A stretch of DNA of 64,000 bases from an uncultured delta proteobacterium (GTDB lineage Bacteria > Myxococcota > Myxococcia > SLRQ01). Positions 45,550-59,563 of this stretch are shown here, in pieces. The stretch spans positions 768,001-832,000 of the forward strand of contig CAVSGM010000002.1 in the NCBI GenBank assembly GCA_963727485.1, read 5' to 3'. The position numbers were made by a program, and so were the translations under genes. Each line of letters opens with the position of its first letter. Position 1 is the first letter of the stretch. Below the pieces are notes generated by a model, which was not told where the DNA came from, did not search any database, and was given only the letters and a program-made list of their open reading frames with translations.

Positions 45550-46754
45550 ACCAGTTCATGCGCCATTTGCTGGCCCTCCCCGAGCAGGCCTCCTCGTTCG
45601 CCGCGAGTGTGGATCATCTCCACTACGCGGTGATCACGGCCACCATGGTGGGCTCGTTCTTCGTCTTCCTCACCGGCTTCGTCTTCGTGGTGAAGTACCG
45701 CCGGCGCTCGGAGGACGAGCTGACGCCCCGCATCGACGTCCCCTGGATGCTCGAGGGCACCTGGATCGTTCTGCTCCTCGGGCTCTTCCTCGCCTTCTGG
45801 GTGGTGGGCTTCAAGCAGTACGTGCTCATCGAGACCCCGCCGAAGAAGGCGATGAACGTCTACGTCACCGGCAAGCAGTGGATGTGGAAGTTCTCCTACC
45901 CCGATGGGCGGAGCTCCACCTCGGTGCTGACGGTGCCGGTGAACACCAACGTGAAGCTGAACATGACCTCGCGTGACGTGGTCCACAGCTTCTACGTGCC
46001 GGCGTTCCGCATCAAGCAGGACGTCATCCCGGGCCGGTACACCACCGCCTGGTTCAAGGCCACCAAGCCCGGCGTCTACCAGCTCTTCTGCGCCGAGTAC
46101 TGCGGCGTGTCCCACTCCCAGATGTGGGGCAACGTCGTGGTCCTCTCCGCGAAGGACTACGCCCGCTGGCGCGACGGCGAGCTCCCGGCCCTCCAGGTCT
46201 ACGGCAACGAGACCGCCGAGCAGCCCGCCGATGTCCAGGCCCCGCCGTCGGCGGCCGTGAACCACGCCCCGGACACCACCTTGGCGCCCCCGGTGACCAT
46301 GGCCCAACGCGGTCGGGAGATCGCCACCCGCGACGGCTGCATGAACTGCCACACCGTCGACGGGCGGGCCCACATCGGGCCCTCCTGGTACCACCTCTAC
46401 GACACCATGGTGCCGCTCTCCAACGGCAAGCAGGTCTGGGCTGACGAGGCCTACCTCACCAAGTCGATGATGGACCCCATGGCCCAGATCGTGGCCGGCT
46501 ACCAGCCGGTGATGCCGACCTACCAGGGCCTCCTCCAGGCTCCGGACGCCGCCGCCATCGTGGAGTTCATCAAGAGCCTCCGCGACCACAAGGGTCCCGG
46601 GGCCCCCAACCTGCCCCAGGTGGTCGCGCCGGCTGCGCCCCCTGCCCGCACCGCCACCGGTGCGGTGGTCAAGCCGCCCCCGGCCACGGTGCCGGCGCCT
46701 CGCGAGGTGCCCCACACGAAGCCGTCGACCCCGTCCAACGGTTCCAAGCAGTAG
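45546..46754 (+). CDS. coxB: Cytochrome c oxidase subunit II with fused cytochrome c (caa3 type)
   Basis: QWMW, DVVHSF, CAEYCGVSHSQM (CuA); CMNCH. Confidence 0.95.
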   Translation: MNQFMRHLLALPEQASSFAASVDHLHYAVITATMVGSFFVFLTGFVFVVKYRRRSEDELTPRIDVPWMLEGTWIVLLLGLFLAFWVVGFKQYVLIETPPKKAMNVYVTGKQWMWKFSYPDGRSSTSVLTVPVNTNVKLNMTSRDVVHSFYVPAFRIKQDVIPGRYTTAWFKATKPGVYQLFCAEYCGVSHSQMWGNVVVLSAKDYARWRDGELPALQVYGNETAEQPADVQAPPSAAVNHAPDTTLAPPVTMAQRGREIATRDGCMNCHTVDGRAHIGPSWYHLYDTMVPLSNGKQVWADEAYLTKSMMDPMAQIVAGYQPVMPTYQGLLQAPDAAAIVEFIKSLRDHKGPGAPNLPQVVAPAAPPARTATGAVVKPPPATVPAPREVPHTKPSTPSNGSKQ

Positions 46755-46766
46755 TGAGGCAAGTCC

Positions 46767-48417
<1,651 letters not shown>

Positions 48418-48425
<8 letters not shown>

Positions 48426-49068
48426 GATCCGCCCCGCAGAGCATTTTAGAAGCTGGGAGCACCAGGCGCATGCCGCGACCCTGGGGATGTGGGCCTTCCT
48501 CGCCAGCGAGGTCCTCCTCTTCGCTGGCATGTTCACCCTCTACGGGGCCTACCGGGCGCACTACCCCGCCGCGTGGGACTTCGGGGTGGCGCACAACCTG
48601 GCATGGCTCGGGACCACCAATACCCTGGTGCTCCTGGTGAGCAGCTACAGCGTGGCGCTCTCGGCCCACTTCTTCAAGAAGGGGAAGACCGGGGTCACCA
48701 AGCTCCTGATCGTGGCCACGGTGCTCCTGGGCCTGCTCTTCCTCTGCCTCAAGGGCTACGAGTACTTCACCCACTTCCACGACGGGATCTTCCCCGGTGG
48801 GCGCGGAGACTTCTGGACCACCGAGACCTATCCTCGGGGCACCAAGCTCTTCTTCACCCTCTACTTCCTCATGACCGGGACCCACGCCCTCCACGTCATC
48901 GTGGGCATGTCGGTCCTGCTCTGGCTCGCCTGGCGGGTCCACACCGGCCGGATCACGCCCGAGGCGCCCCACGCCATCGAGCTCGGCGCCATGTACTGGC
49001 ACCTGGTGGACCTCATCTGGATCTTCCTCTGGCCCCTCTTCTACCTCGCCGGTGGAAAGGGAGGGTGA
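48418..49068 (+). CDS. coxC: Cytochrome c oxidase subunit III
   Basis: MWAFLASE, TGTHALHV, YWHLVDLIW. Confidence 0.94.
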
Positions 49069-49075
49069 TCGCACC

Positions 49076-49414
49076 ATGAACGACACTGCCAAGCACGCGG
49101 AGAAGGAGTTCAGCATCCTCGCCTACACGGTGACGATCTTCCTCCTCATCGGTCTCACCCTCGGCTCCTACTTCCTCTCCCGGGCCCACCTCGCCCCGTC
49201 GTCGGAGCTGATGGCGGCCCTGGGCATCGCCGTGGTCAAGAGCACCCTGGTCGCCCTGATCTTCATGGGCCTCCTCCACCAGGAGGTGAGCAACCAGATC
49301 GTGCTGCTGGTCGCCGTGGCCTTCGTGGTGGCCCTGGTGCTCTTCACCGTGGGCGACGTGGTCACCCGGCAGGTCTCGCCGATCTTCCCGCCGACGCACG
49401 TCCCCACACCCTAG
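49076..49414 (+). CDS. coxD: Cytochrome c oxidase subunit IV family protein
   Basis: Three TM helices; KSTLVALIFMGL. Confidence 0.82.
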   Translation: MNDTAKHAEKEFSILAYTVTIFLLIGLTLGSYFLSRAHLAPSSELMAALGIAVVKSTLVALIFMGLLHQEVSNQIVLLVAVAFVVALVLFTVGDVVTRQVSPIFPPTHVPTP

Positions 49415-49436
49415 GGACGGGCCCACGGCAACGACC

Positions 49437-49470
49437 AGGCCGGCCGCCCTCCGGGGCGCGCCGGCCTTCG
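49437..49470. terminator. Probable terminator hairpin between convergent genes
   Basis: AGGCCGGC/GCCGGCCT with inner CGCCC/GGGCG; weak U-tract. Confidence 0.6.
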
Positions 49471-49498
49471 TCGTCTCGGAGCCCGGGGCCGGCCACCG

Positions 49499-50440
49499 CT
49501 ACCGGTGCACCCACCTCACCCGCACCGCGGTCATCGGGCCGGGCCGGCGGACCCCGCCGTCGATGCCCTTGGCGGTGACGCGGAACGAGAGCACCGCCCG
49601 GACGCGCTTGCCGGTGCGCACCTCGACGCGCCAGGCGCCGGTCTTGGCCTTCACCTGGGCGAGCGGCAGGGGGTCGCCGACCCCGGCGCCGGCCACGTCG
49701 CCGGCGGTGGCGTTCGAGTCGCTGGCGGCGTCCTGGTAGACGTTGGAGTCGTCGACCACCTTGATGCCCCCGCCGCTGTCGCCGTCTCCGGACCCGCCTC
49801 CGTCGGCCTTGGGGCCCCGGCAGGTGGCGCGGAAGTCGACGACCTGACCCTTGAGGCCCACCGGGCTCACCTCGTCCCGGCAGACGACAGTGTGCCCGCG
49901 GCGGAAGGTGACCGACGCGGTCTCGCCGAGGTGGTGGAGGCGGAGGAAGAGCTCCACCGCCAGGTGGCCATCCCGGGTGTCGGCCCAGGCGTAGCCAAGG
50001 TCGCCGTTGCGGGCCTCGTACCAGTTGTGGGTGACCTGCCGGTCGTTGCCCACCATCACCACCTGGTCGGGCCCCTGGATGATGCGGGTCTTCCACTGGC
50101 CCACCCGGCGGTGGGGCCCGTCGACGGCGAGGGTGTAGGGGCCCTTGGGGTTGTCCCGGTCGAGGGCGATCCGCGCCGAGAAGTCCCGGTACTGGCCCCG
50201 GGGGAGGACGTCGAGGGGCACGGTGACCGCGTGGGTCAGGCGCTTGCCCCGGGCGAGGCCCACCTTCAGGGGGCCTGTCTGGGGGCCGGCGACGGTGAAG
50301 ATCACCCGGATGGCGGTGCCATCGTCCCCGCCGGCCTCGACCTCCACCCGGGACATGCCCGGGACGAGGGAGCCGGCGTGGGCGACGGCGGGTGCGGCCA
50401 GGGCCGCGGCGAGGACGAGTCGCTGGACGAGGTGGCGCAT
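49499..50440 (-). CDS. Secreted hypothetical beta-rich protein
   Basis: Signal peptide ending AHA-G; strong codon bias; family not recognised. Confidence 0.7.
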   Translation of the reverse strand: MRHLVQRLVLAAALAAPAVAHAGSLVPGMSRVEVEAGGDDGTAIRVIFTVAGPQTGPLKVGLARGKRLTHAVTVPLDVLPRGQYRDFSARIALDRDNPKGPYTLAVDGPHRRVGQWKTRIIQGPDQVVMVGNDRQVTHNWYEARNGDLGYAWADTRDGHLAVELFLRLHHLGETASVTFRRGHTVVCRDEVSPVGLKGQVVDFRATCRGPKADGGGSGDGDSGGGIKVVDDSNVYQDAASDSNATAGDVAGAGVGDPLPLAQVKAKTGAWRVEVRTGKRVRAVLSFRVTAKGIDGGVRRPGPMTAVRVRWVHR

Positions 50441-50456
50441 GGTCCTGAAGTCTACC

Positions 50457-51259
50457 TCAGCGCCGGCAGGCGGCCTTGAGCGAGGCGACGAAGGCCTCGA
50501 CCTCGGGCCCGGAGGCGGCGCCCCCGGCCTCCACCAGCCGGACGATGGCGCTGCCCACCACCACCCCGTCGGCGAAGGCGGCGACCTCCCCGGCCTGCTT
50601 CGCGCCGGCGATGCCGAAGCCCACGCCCACCGGGAGCCCCGTGAGGCTGCGCACCGTCTCCACCCGGGGGGCGAGGTCCGAGGCGTGGTCCAGCTGTGCG
50701 CCGGTCACCCCGGTCATGGAGACGTAGTAGAGGAAGCCGCTGGCGCCCTCCCCGACCCGGCGGATCCGGGCCTCGGGGGTGGTCGGCGCCAGGAGGCGGA
50801 TGAGGTCGATGCCCGCCGCCGCCAGGGACGCGCCGAGCTCGCCGGCCTCCTCGGGGGGCAGATCGACCACCAGCACCCCGTCGATCCCGGCGCTGGCGAG
50901 CTCGTCGGCGAGGCGATCGCCCCGGGAGAGGAGCGGGTTGAGGTAGCCGAAGAGGACCACCGGCAGCTCGGCCGGGGCGCCGTCGACGCGCCCGGCGCGC
51001 AGGTCGCGGACCAGGGCCAGCACCTCGTCGAAGCGGGTCCCGGCGGCGAGCGCCCGCTGGCTCGCCCGCTGGATCACCGGGCCGTCGGCGCTCGGGTCGC
51101 TGAAGGGCATCCCCAGCTCCACCACGTCGGCGCCCCCGCGCCCCAGGGCGCCGAGGATGGCGCGGGTCCCGGCGAGATCGGGATCGCCGGCGGTGACGTA
51201 GGTGACCAGCGCCGCCTCGTTTCGGGCGCGGCAGGCGGCGAAGGTGTCGGCGATGCGGC

Positions 51260-51263
<4 letters not shown>
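50457..51263 (-). CDS. trpA: Tryptophan synthase alpha chain
   Basis: [34 protein letters not shown]. Confidence 0.97.
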
Positions 51264-52480
<1,217 letters not shown>

Positions 52481-52515
52481 GGGCGTTCGGGTGGTGGCGG
52501 GTCGGCGCAGGCGGG

Positions 52516-53194
52516 TCAGCGGAGGCGGGGCGAGGGCGCCGGGCGGGCGGCCCGGGCCAGGGGGAAGGCGGCGCGGGCGGCTCGGACGAAGGCGGCGACG
52601 GCGTCCGGATCCTTGATGCCCGGGGCGGACTCCACGCCGCTGGCGACGTCGACGCCCGCCGGCCCCACCGCGCGGATGGCGTCGGCGACCGAGTCGGGGG
52701 TGAGGCCCCCGGCGAGGATCACCGGCCGGCGACCGGCGAGGTCCCGGGCGAGGAGCCAGTCGGCGCGGCGGCCGGTGCCGCCGGGGCTCCCCGGTGCGCC
52801 GGCGTCGACCAGGAGGGCGTGGGCGGCGCCGAAGGCGTCGACGGCGGCCTCGGCGGCGGCGGCGTCCACCGGGGACACGGCCTTGATCACCCGGACCCCC
52901 AGGGCGCGGACCTCGTCCACCAGGTCGGCGTCCTCGTCACCGTGGAGCTGCACCCACGAGATCCCGGGCGACGGTCACCGCCTCGCGGATGGTCTCGAGG
53001 TCGGCGTCCACGAAGACCCCGACGCAGGCGAGCCCTGGAGGCGCCGCGGCGACCAGCTCCCGGCACGCCTCGAGCTCCAGGTATCGCTTGGAGCCGGGCC
53101 AGAGGTTGAGGCCCACCGCGTCGGCGCCGGCCTCGGCGGCGGCGAGGAGATCCGTCTCCCGGGTGATGCCGCAGATCTTCACCAGCTCGTTCAC
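52516..53194 (-). CDS. trpF: Phosphoribosylanthranilate isomerase (frameshift near 52967)
   Basis: VKICGIT and VGVFV, then QLHGDE, GGTG, LAGGL, DVASGVE in the shifted frame. Confidence 0.9.
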
Positions 53195-53991
53195 CGCGCG
53201 CCTCCGATGAGTCCACCGAGGACCGCCTGTGGGTTCTCGGCCTTCATCAGGGCCTCGCCCACCAGGAGCCCCCGGGCGCCGGCGGCGACCACCCGGGCCG
53301 CGTCGGCGCCGGTGAACAGGCCGCTCTCGGCGACCACGGTGCACCCGGCGTCGACCAGCGCCGGGGCCAGCCGCTCGGTGACCGAGAGGTCCACGGTGAA
53401 CCGGGTGAGGTCGCGGTTGTTGACCCCCACGAGCCGGGCCCCGGCGTCGACGGCGCGCCGGGCCTCGCCCTCGTCGTGGACCTCCACCAGGGCGTCGAGG
53501 CCCGCCGCCCCGGCGACGCCGAGGAGCTCGGTGAGCGGGCCGTCGTCGAGGCAGGCGACGATGAGGAGGATGGCGTCGGCGCCGGCGGCCCGGGCCTCCC
53601 AGATCTGCCAGGGGTCGACCACGAAGTCCTTGCGCAGCACCGGGAGCGACACCGCCGACCGGGCCGCGACCAGGTCTGCGAGGCTCCCCCAGAAGAAGCG
53701 CCCGTCGGTGAGGACCGAGAGGCAGGTGGCCCCGGCGGCGGCGTGGCGCCGGGCCACGGCGGCCGGGTCCCAGCCGGTGACCACGAAGGGGCCCCGGGAC
53801 GGCGAGGCGCGCTTCACCTCGGCGATGACCCGGGGGGCCGGATCCTGACCGAGCGCCGCGGCGAACCCCCGGGGGGGCCCGGCCGCGGCCGCCGCCTCCC
53901 GGAGCGCCGCCTCCGAGCCCAGGCGCCGAGCGAGGGCCACCTCCTCGACCTTGTGGGCGAGGATGCGCCCCAGGATCCCCGGCGCGGTCAT
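53191..53991 (-). CDS. trpC: Indole-3-glycerol phosphate synthase
   Basis: IAEVKRASPS, LSVLTD, LRKDF, GVNNRDL, VAESG. Confidence 0.95.
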   Translation of the reverse strand: MTAPGILGRILAHKVEEVALARRLGSEAALREAAAAAGPPRGFAAALGQDPAPRVIAEVKRASPSRGPFVVTGWDPAAVARRHAAAGATCLSVLTDGRFFWGSLADLVAARSAVSLPVLRKDFVVDPWQIWEARAAGADAILLIVACLDDGPLTELLGVAGAAGLDALVEVHDEGEARRAVDAGARLVGVNNRDLTRFTVDLSVTERLAPALVDAGCTVVAESGLFTGADAARVVAAGARGLLVGEALMKAENPQAVLGGLIGGAR

Positions 53992-55017
53992 CCGGCGCCC
54001 TCGGTGGTCAGGCGCTTGAGCGTCTCCAGGGTCTCCACCGCCGCCCCCGAGGCCACGGCCTTCCGGGAGAGCTCGACCCCGTCCCTGAGATCCTCGGCGA
54101 GCCCGGCGACCACCAGGGCCGCGGCCGCGTTGAGGTGGGCGACGTCGGCGCGGGGACCGGCCTCGCCCTCGAGGATGAACCGGGTGATCCGGGCGTTGGC
54201 CTCGGCATCGCCGCCCACCAGGACCTCGGGCTTGCAGCGGGTGAGGTCGAGGTGCTCGGGGGTCACCTCGAAGGTGTCCACCGTCCCGTCCCGGACCTCG
54301 GCGACCAGGGTGGGCCCGGTGAGGGTGATTCTCGTCGAGGCCGTCGTGGCCGTGGACCACCCAGGCGTGGCGGGCGCCGAGGTTGAGGAGCACCCCGGCC
54401 AGGGGCTCGACCCAGCGCCGGTGGAACACGCCCACCACCTGGCGGTCGGCGAAGGCGGGGTTGGCGAGCGGCCCCAGGAGGTTGAAGAGGGTGCGGACCC
54501 CGAGCTCCTTGCGCGGGGCCGCGGCGTGGCCGAGGGCCGGGTGGAGGGCCTTGGCGAAGAGGAAGCCCAGGCGCGCCTCGCGCAGGGCCCGCTCCATCAC
54601 CGGCACGGGTGCCTCGATGTCGACCCCCAGGGCCCGGAGGACGTCGGCGCTCCCGGAGCGGGAGCTCACCGAGTGGTTCCCGTGCTTGGCCACCTTCGCC
54701 CCGGCGGCGGCGGCGAGGATCGCCGCGGTGGTGGAGATGTTGAAGGTGCCGGCGCCATCGCCGCCGGTCCCCGCGGTGTCGACCACCGGGCCCGGGCCGG
54801 GGTCGACCCGGGTGACCTTCGCACGCAGGGTGCGCACCGCGCCGGTGACCTCGTCGATGGTCTCGCCCTTCATCCGCAGGGCGATGGCGAAGCCGGCGAC
54901 CTGGGCGGGGGTGGCCCGGCCGGACATGATGTCGTCCATGGCCGAGGCGGCCTCGACCTCGGAGAGATTGTGGCCCTCGACGACCCGGGAGATGGCGCGG
55001 CGGATCTGCTCGGACAT
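53988..55017 (-). CDS. trpD: Anthranilate phosphoribosyltransferase (frameshift near 54329)
   Basis: DTAGTGGDG, NIST, KHGN, GLDE; an extra A splits off the C-terminal LNAAAAL segment. Confidence 0.93.
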
Positions 55018-55087
55018 GGGCCGACTCTAACCCAAGGCGCGCCGGAGATCGGGACCGGTGGCCTTGGGTCGGTGTACCCTGGGCCCG

Positions 55088-57341
55088 ATGCCCCGCTTCG
55101 CACGCCCGACCCTCGCCGCCCTCGCCTGCCTCGCCCTCGCCGCCTGCGGCCCGGCGACCCCCAAGGCCCCCCCCGAGACGCCCGTGGACCTCCTCGCCCA
55201 CGTGGACCCGCTCATCGGCACCGGCGGCGTGGGCTTCGGCGTGGGCTCCACCTACCCGGGCCCCGCCCTGCCCTTCGCGCTGGCCCACCCGGGCCCCGAC
55301 ACCCGGGCCCCGGGCGGCGCCGTCGGCTTCGCCCACTGCGCCGGCTACTGGTACCCGGACCCGGACATCGCCGGCTTCTCCCTGACCCGGATGAACGGCA
55401 CCGGGGTCCCCGACTACGGGAACCTGGCGTTCATGCCCGTGGACGGCCTGAAGGACAGCGACCGCTACGCCTCGGGCTACGCCGCCCCCTACGACCACAG
55501 CCGGGAGCAGGCGTCCCCGGGCTACTACCGGGTGACCCTCGACGACGGCATCGAGGTCGAGCTCACCAGCACCCTCCACGACGCGCTGCTGCGCATCACC
55601 TTCCCCGACGGGGTGGACCCGGTGGTCCTCCTCGACGCCGCCCACGCCCTCGGCGAGGGGAAGGTCGGCGGCGGGGGCGTGACCTTCGAGGCCGGGGGCG
55701 CCACGGGCACCGCCTGGGTGAACGACCGGGGCCAGCTCTCCCGGCAGCCGAACGGCTTCGACGTCTTCGGCGCCTTCGCGGTGGATCCGGCGCCGGCGTC
55801 GGTGGGGACCTGGGACGGCACCGGGCTCCACCCCGGCCAGGGCTCGGTGACCACCGCCGACGGCGAGGCGGTGGGCGGGTTCCTGCGCTTCGCCCCGGGG
55901 ACCCACGTGGTGCGCATCCGGGTGGGCGTGAGCCTGGTGGACGCCGCCGGCGCCAAGAAGAACCTCGCCGCCGAGCTCCCGGGCTTCGACCTCGACCCGG
56001 TGCGCAAGGCCGCCGAGGCCACCTGGAAGCAGGCCCTCTCGAGCGTGGACGTCTACGGCGTCGACGACGCCCGGGCCACCGAGATCGCCACCGCCCTCTA
56101 CCACGCGATGCTCATGCCCACCCTGATGAGCGACGTGGACGGCCGGGCCATGGCGGTGGACGGCACGCCGAAGCACTACGACCACCGGCGCTACTCGGAC
56201 TTCTCCCTCTGGGACACCTACCGGACCCTCCACCCCTGGCTCGACCTCACCCACGACCCCCACGACGCCGACCTCGCCGCCTCGCTCCTGGACTTCTACG
56301 ACGAGGGCGGCGCCCTGCCCCGCTGGGCCCTGGCCAACGCCGACAGCCCACTCGATGATCGGCGACCCGGCGGCCATCGTGCTGGCGGGGATGTCGGCCA
56401 AGGGCGTCCACTTCGACGAGGCCAAGGGGTACGCCGCCGCCCGGGAGACGGCGTTCGGTCCGGCGCCCGGGGCCATCGGGGGCCGCGGCAACATCGCCGA
56501 CTACCTGAAGCTCGGCTACGTCCCCGACGAGGACGGCGGGGGCTCGGTGTCCAAGACCCAGGAGTACGCCGCCGCGGACATGGCGCTCGCCGGGTGGGCG
56601 AAGCGCCTGGGGCACGACACCGACGCCAAGACCCTCTCGGACCGGGCCCGGGCGGCGGTGGACGCCCTCTGGGATCCCGGCGTGGGCTTCTTCCGGCCCA
56701 AGCACGCCGACGGCACCTGGGCGACCATGCCCGACCCCCTGGCCGAGTACGGCCCCTACACGGAGGGCGACGCCTGGCAGTACCTGTGGATGCTCCCCCA
56801 CCAGGTGGACCACCTGGCGGAGCTCCTCGGCGGCAAGGCGGCGGCGGTGGCGCGCCTCGACCACTACTTCGCCGAGTCGCAGCAGGAGACGCCGGCCTTC
56901 GGGATCCGCAGCTGGTACTGGCACGGCAACGAGCCGTGCATGGTCGACGCCTGGCTCTACGCCGCCTGGGGCCAGCCGGTGAAGGAGGCGCAGACCGTCG
57001 ACTGGATCCTGGGCACCTTCTACGGCACCGAGCCCGACGGCCTCGCCGGAAACGACGATGGGGGCACCATGTCCGCGTGGCTCCTCTTCGCCATGGCCGG
57101 GATCTACCCGGTGCCGGGGACGGCGACGTACTGGGTGGGCGTGCCCCGGGTGCCGAAGCTGGTGATCCACCGGCCCGGCGGGGACCTGACCATCGAGGCC
57201 ACCAAGGGCGCCCTGAAGCTCGGCGGCGCCTTCTACGGGGCCAGCCTCGACGGCAAGGCGCTCACGGGCCAGACGGTGACCGCGGCCCAGCTCGCGGGGA
57301 CCCACACCCTGAAGATCGACGTCGAGGCCGGGAAGCTCTAG
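55088..57341 (+). CDS. GH92 family glycoside hydrolase (alpha-mannosidase-like) lipoprotein (frameshift near 56349)
   Basis: Lipobox [45 protein letters not shown]. Confidence 0.9.
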
Positions 57342-57911
57342 CCGGCGAGCGACTCGAGCCAGTTGCGCAAGAGGTCGTGGCCGTGCTGCGAGAGGATTCG
57401 ACTCGGGGTGGAACTGCACGCCCTGGATGGGGAGCTGGCGGTGGGCGAGGCCCATGATCTCGCCCTCGGCGGTCTCGGCGGTGACCTCGAGGTCGCCCGG
57501 GAGGGTCTCCCGGCGCACCAGCAGCGAGTGGTAGCGGGTGGCCTCGAAGCCATCGGGGAGCCCGGCGAAGACGCCCTGGCCCCGGTGGCGGATGGGGCTC
57601 GTCTTCCCGTGCATGATCCGGTCGGCGCGGACGATCTCGCCGCCGAAGGCCTCGCCGATGGCCTGGTGGCCGAGGCACACCCCGAGGATGGGCAGGCGCC
57701 CGGCGTGGCGGCGGACGACCTCCACAGTGATGCCCGCGTCCTTGGGCGCCCCGGGCCCCGGTGAGAGCAGGACGCCCGCCGGTGCGCGAGCGGCGACCTC
57801 GTCGACGGTGAGGGCGTCGTTGCGCACCACCTCCACCTCGGCGCCGAGCTCCCAGAGGTACTGCACCAGGTTCCAGGTGAACGAGTCGTAGTTGTCGATC
57901 ACCAGGATCAC
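57338..57911 (-). CDS. trpG: Anthranilate synthase component II (frameshift near 57397)
   Basis: [32 protein letters not shown]. Confidence 0.93.
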
Positions 57912-59468
57912 AGGGCGAGCCCTCCCCGGGCGAGCGCCACGGCGCGGACCACCGAGCGGGCCTTGTTCACCGTCTCCTCGTACTCGGCGGCGGGGATGGA
58001 GTCGGCGACGATCCCGGCGCCGGCCTGGCACCACATCTGCTCGGCGGTGGCGACCAGGGTGCGGATGCAGATGGCGAAGTCCATGGCCCCGTCGAGGCCG
58101 AGGTAGCCCACCGCGCCGCCGTAGAGGCCCCGGCGCACCGGCTCCAGCGACTCGATGATCTCCATGGCCCGGACCTTGGGGGCGCCGGAGAGGGTGCCCG
58201 CGGGGAAGCAGGCGCGGAGGACGTCGCAGGCGCTCTGCCCCTCGCGGAGCTGGCCGCGGACCTCGCTGACCAGGTGCATCACGTGGCTGTAGCGCTCGAC
58301 GACCATGAGGTCGGCGGGGTGCACGGTGCCCGGCTTGGAGACCCGGCCCACGTCGTTGCGGCCGAGGTCCACGAGCATCACGTGCTCGGCGCGCTCCTTG
58401 GGATCGGCCCGGAGCTCGGCCTCGAGGGCGGCGTCCTCGGCGGGGGTGGCGCCCCGGCGGCGGGTGCCGGCGATGGGGCGCACCAGGACCTCGTCGCCCT
58501 CGGTGCGCACCAGGACCTCGGGGCTGGCGCCGGCGACCTCGACCTCGCCCGCGGCGCCGCCGTCGAGGCGCAGGTAGTACATGTAGGGGCTGGGGTTGGT
58601 GGTGCGCAGGGCCCGGTAGACGTCGAAGGGCGCCACGTCCCGGTCGGCGGTGAAGCGCTGGGAGACCACGGTCTGGATGCAGTCGCCGGCGTGGACGTGC
58701 TCGCGGACGGTGGTCACCGCCGCCTCGAAGTCGGCCCGGGAGATGTCGGAACGGAAGCCGTCGAGGGGGTCGGTGGCGGCCCCGCCCGCGGAACCGGCGT
58801 CCCGCGGGTCCGCGCAGCGCCCCGGGCTGCAGGGGCACCGGCTCGTCGAGGCGGGCCACGGTGGCCTCGAGGCGCGCCACCGCGGCGTCGAAGGCGGCGT
58901 CGGGATCGGCGTCGCCGTGCACCAGGACGTTCTCCACCACCCGCACCACCTGGCGCAGGTTGTCGAAGACCACCACCGTGCCCGGGACCATGAGGCTCAC
59001 CTCGGGGATCCCGGTGTCGTCGGCGGCCTGCTCGGGGAGGCGCTCGAAGGCGCGCACCAGGTCGTAGCCCAGCCACCCCACGGCGCCGGCGAGGAAGCGC
59101 GGCTGGGGGCCGCCGGCCTCCTTCGGGAGGCGCAGGGCCGAGAGGGTCTTCTCCACGCCCACCAGGGGATCGGCGTCGTCGAAGACCTGCTCGGTGCCGT
59201 CCCGGTGGCGCACCACCAGGCGCCCGCGGCCGCCGACCAGGGTCATCAGGGGGCTCGTCCCCACGAAGCTCCAGGCCGCCCACCGCTCGCCGCCCTGCAC
59301 CGACTCCAGGAGGAACGCCGGGCCCTCCCGGGCGACCTTGGCGAAGGCGCTCACCGGGGTGTCGAGGTCTGCGAGGCGCTCGACCCACACCGGGACCACC
59401 GAGGCCTCGGCGGCGCGGGCGCGGAACGTGGCGCGGTCTGGGACGGGGGTGAGGGGCGAGGGCGCCAT
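57908..59468 (-). CDS. trpE: Anthranilate synthase component I (frameshift near 58800-58830)
   Basis: [39 protein letters not shown]. Confidence 0.93.
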
Positions 59469-59563
59469 CGCCCGGTTGTGGCCCCGGCACCCGGCCCCTG
59501 TCAACGGGCCCCCGTGCCCCCTCGGCGCAGGTGTGCTAGGCCGATGGGCCACAGGAGACTCGC

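Noticed and set aside
53191..55017. Apparent 608-aa TrpD-TrpC fusion ORF
   Set aside because: Produced by the +1 frameshift near 54329; the real TrpD C-terminus is at 53988-54281 and trpC has its own ATGA-coupled start
59469..59563. trp leader peptide or attenuator upstream of trpE
   Set aside because: The 95-bp divergent gap has no Trp-codon leader ORF and no U-tailed terminator
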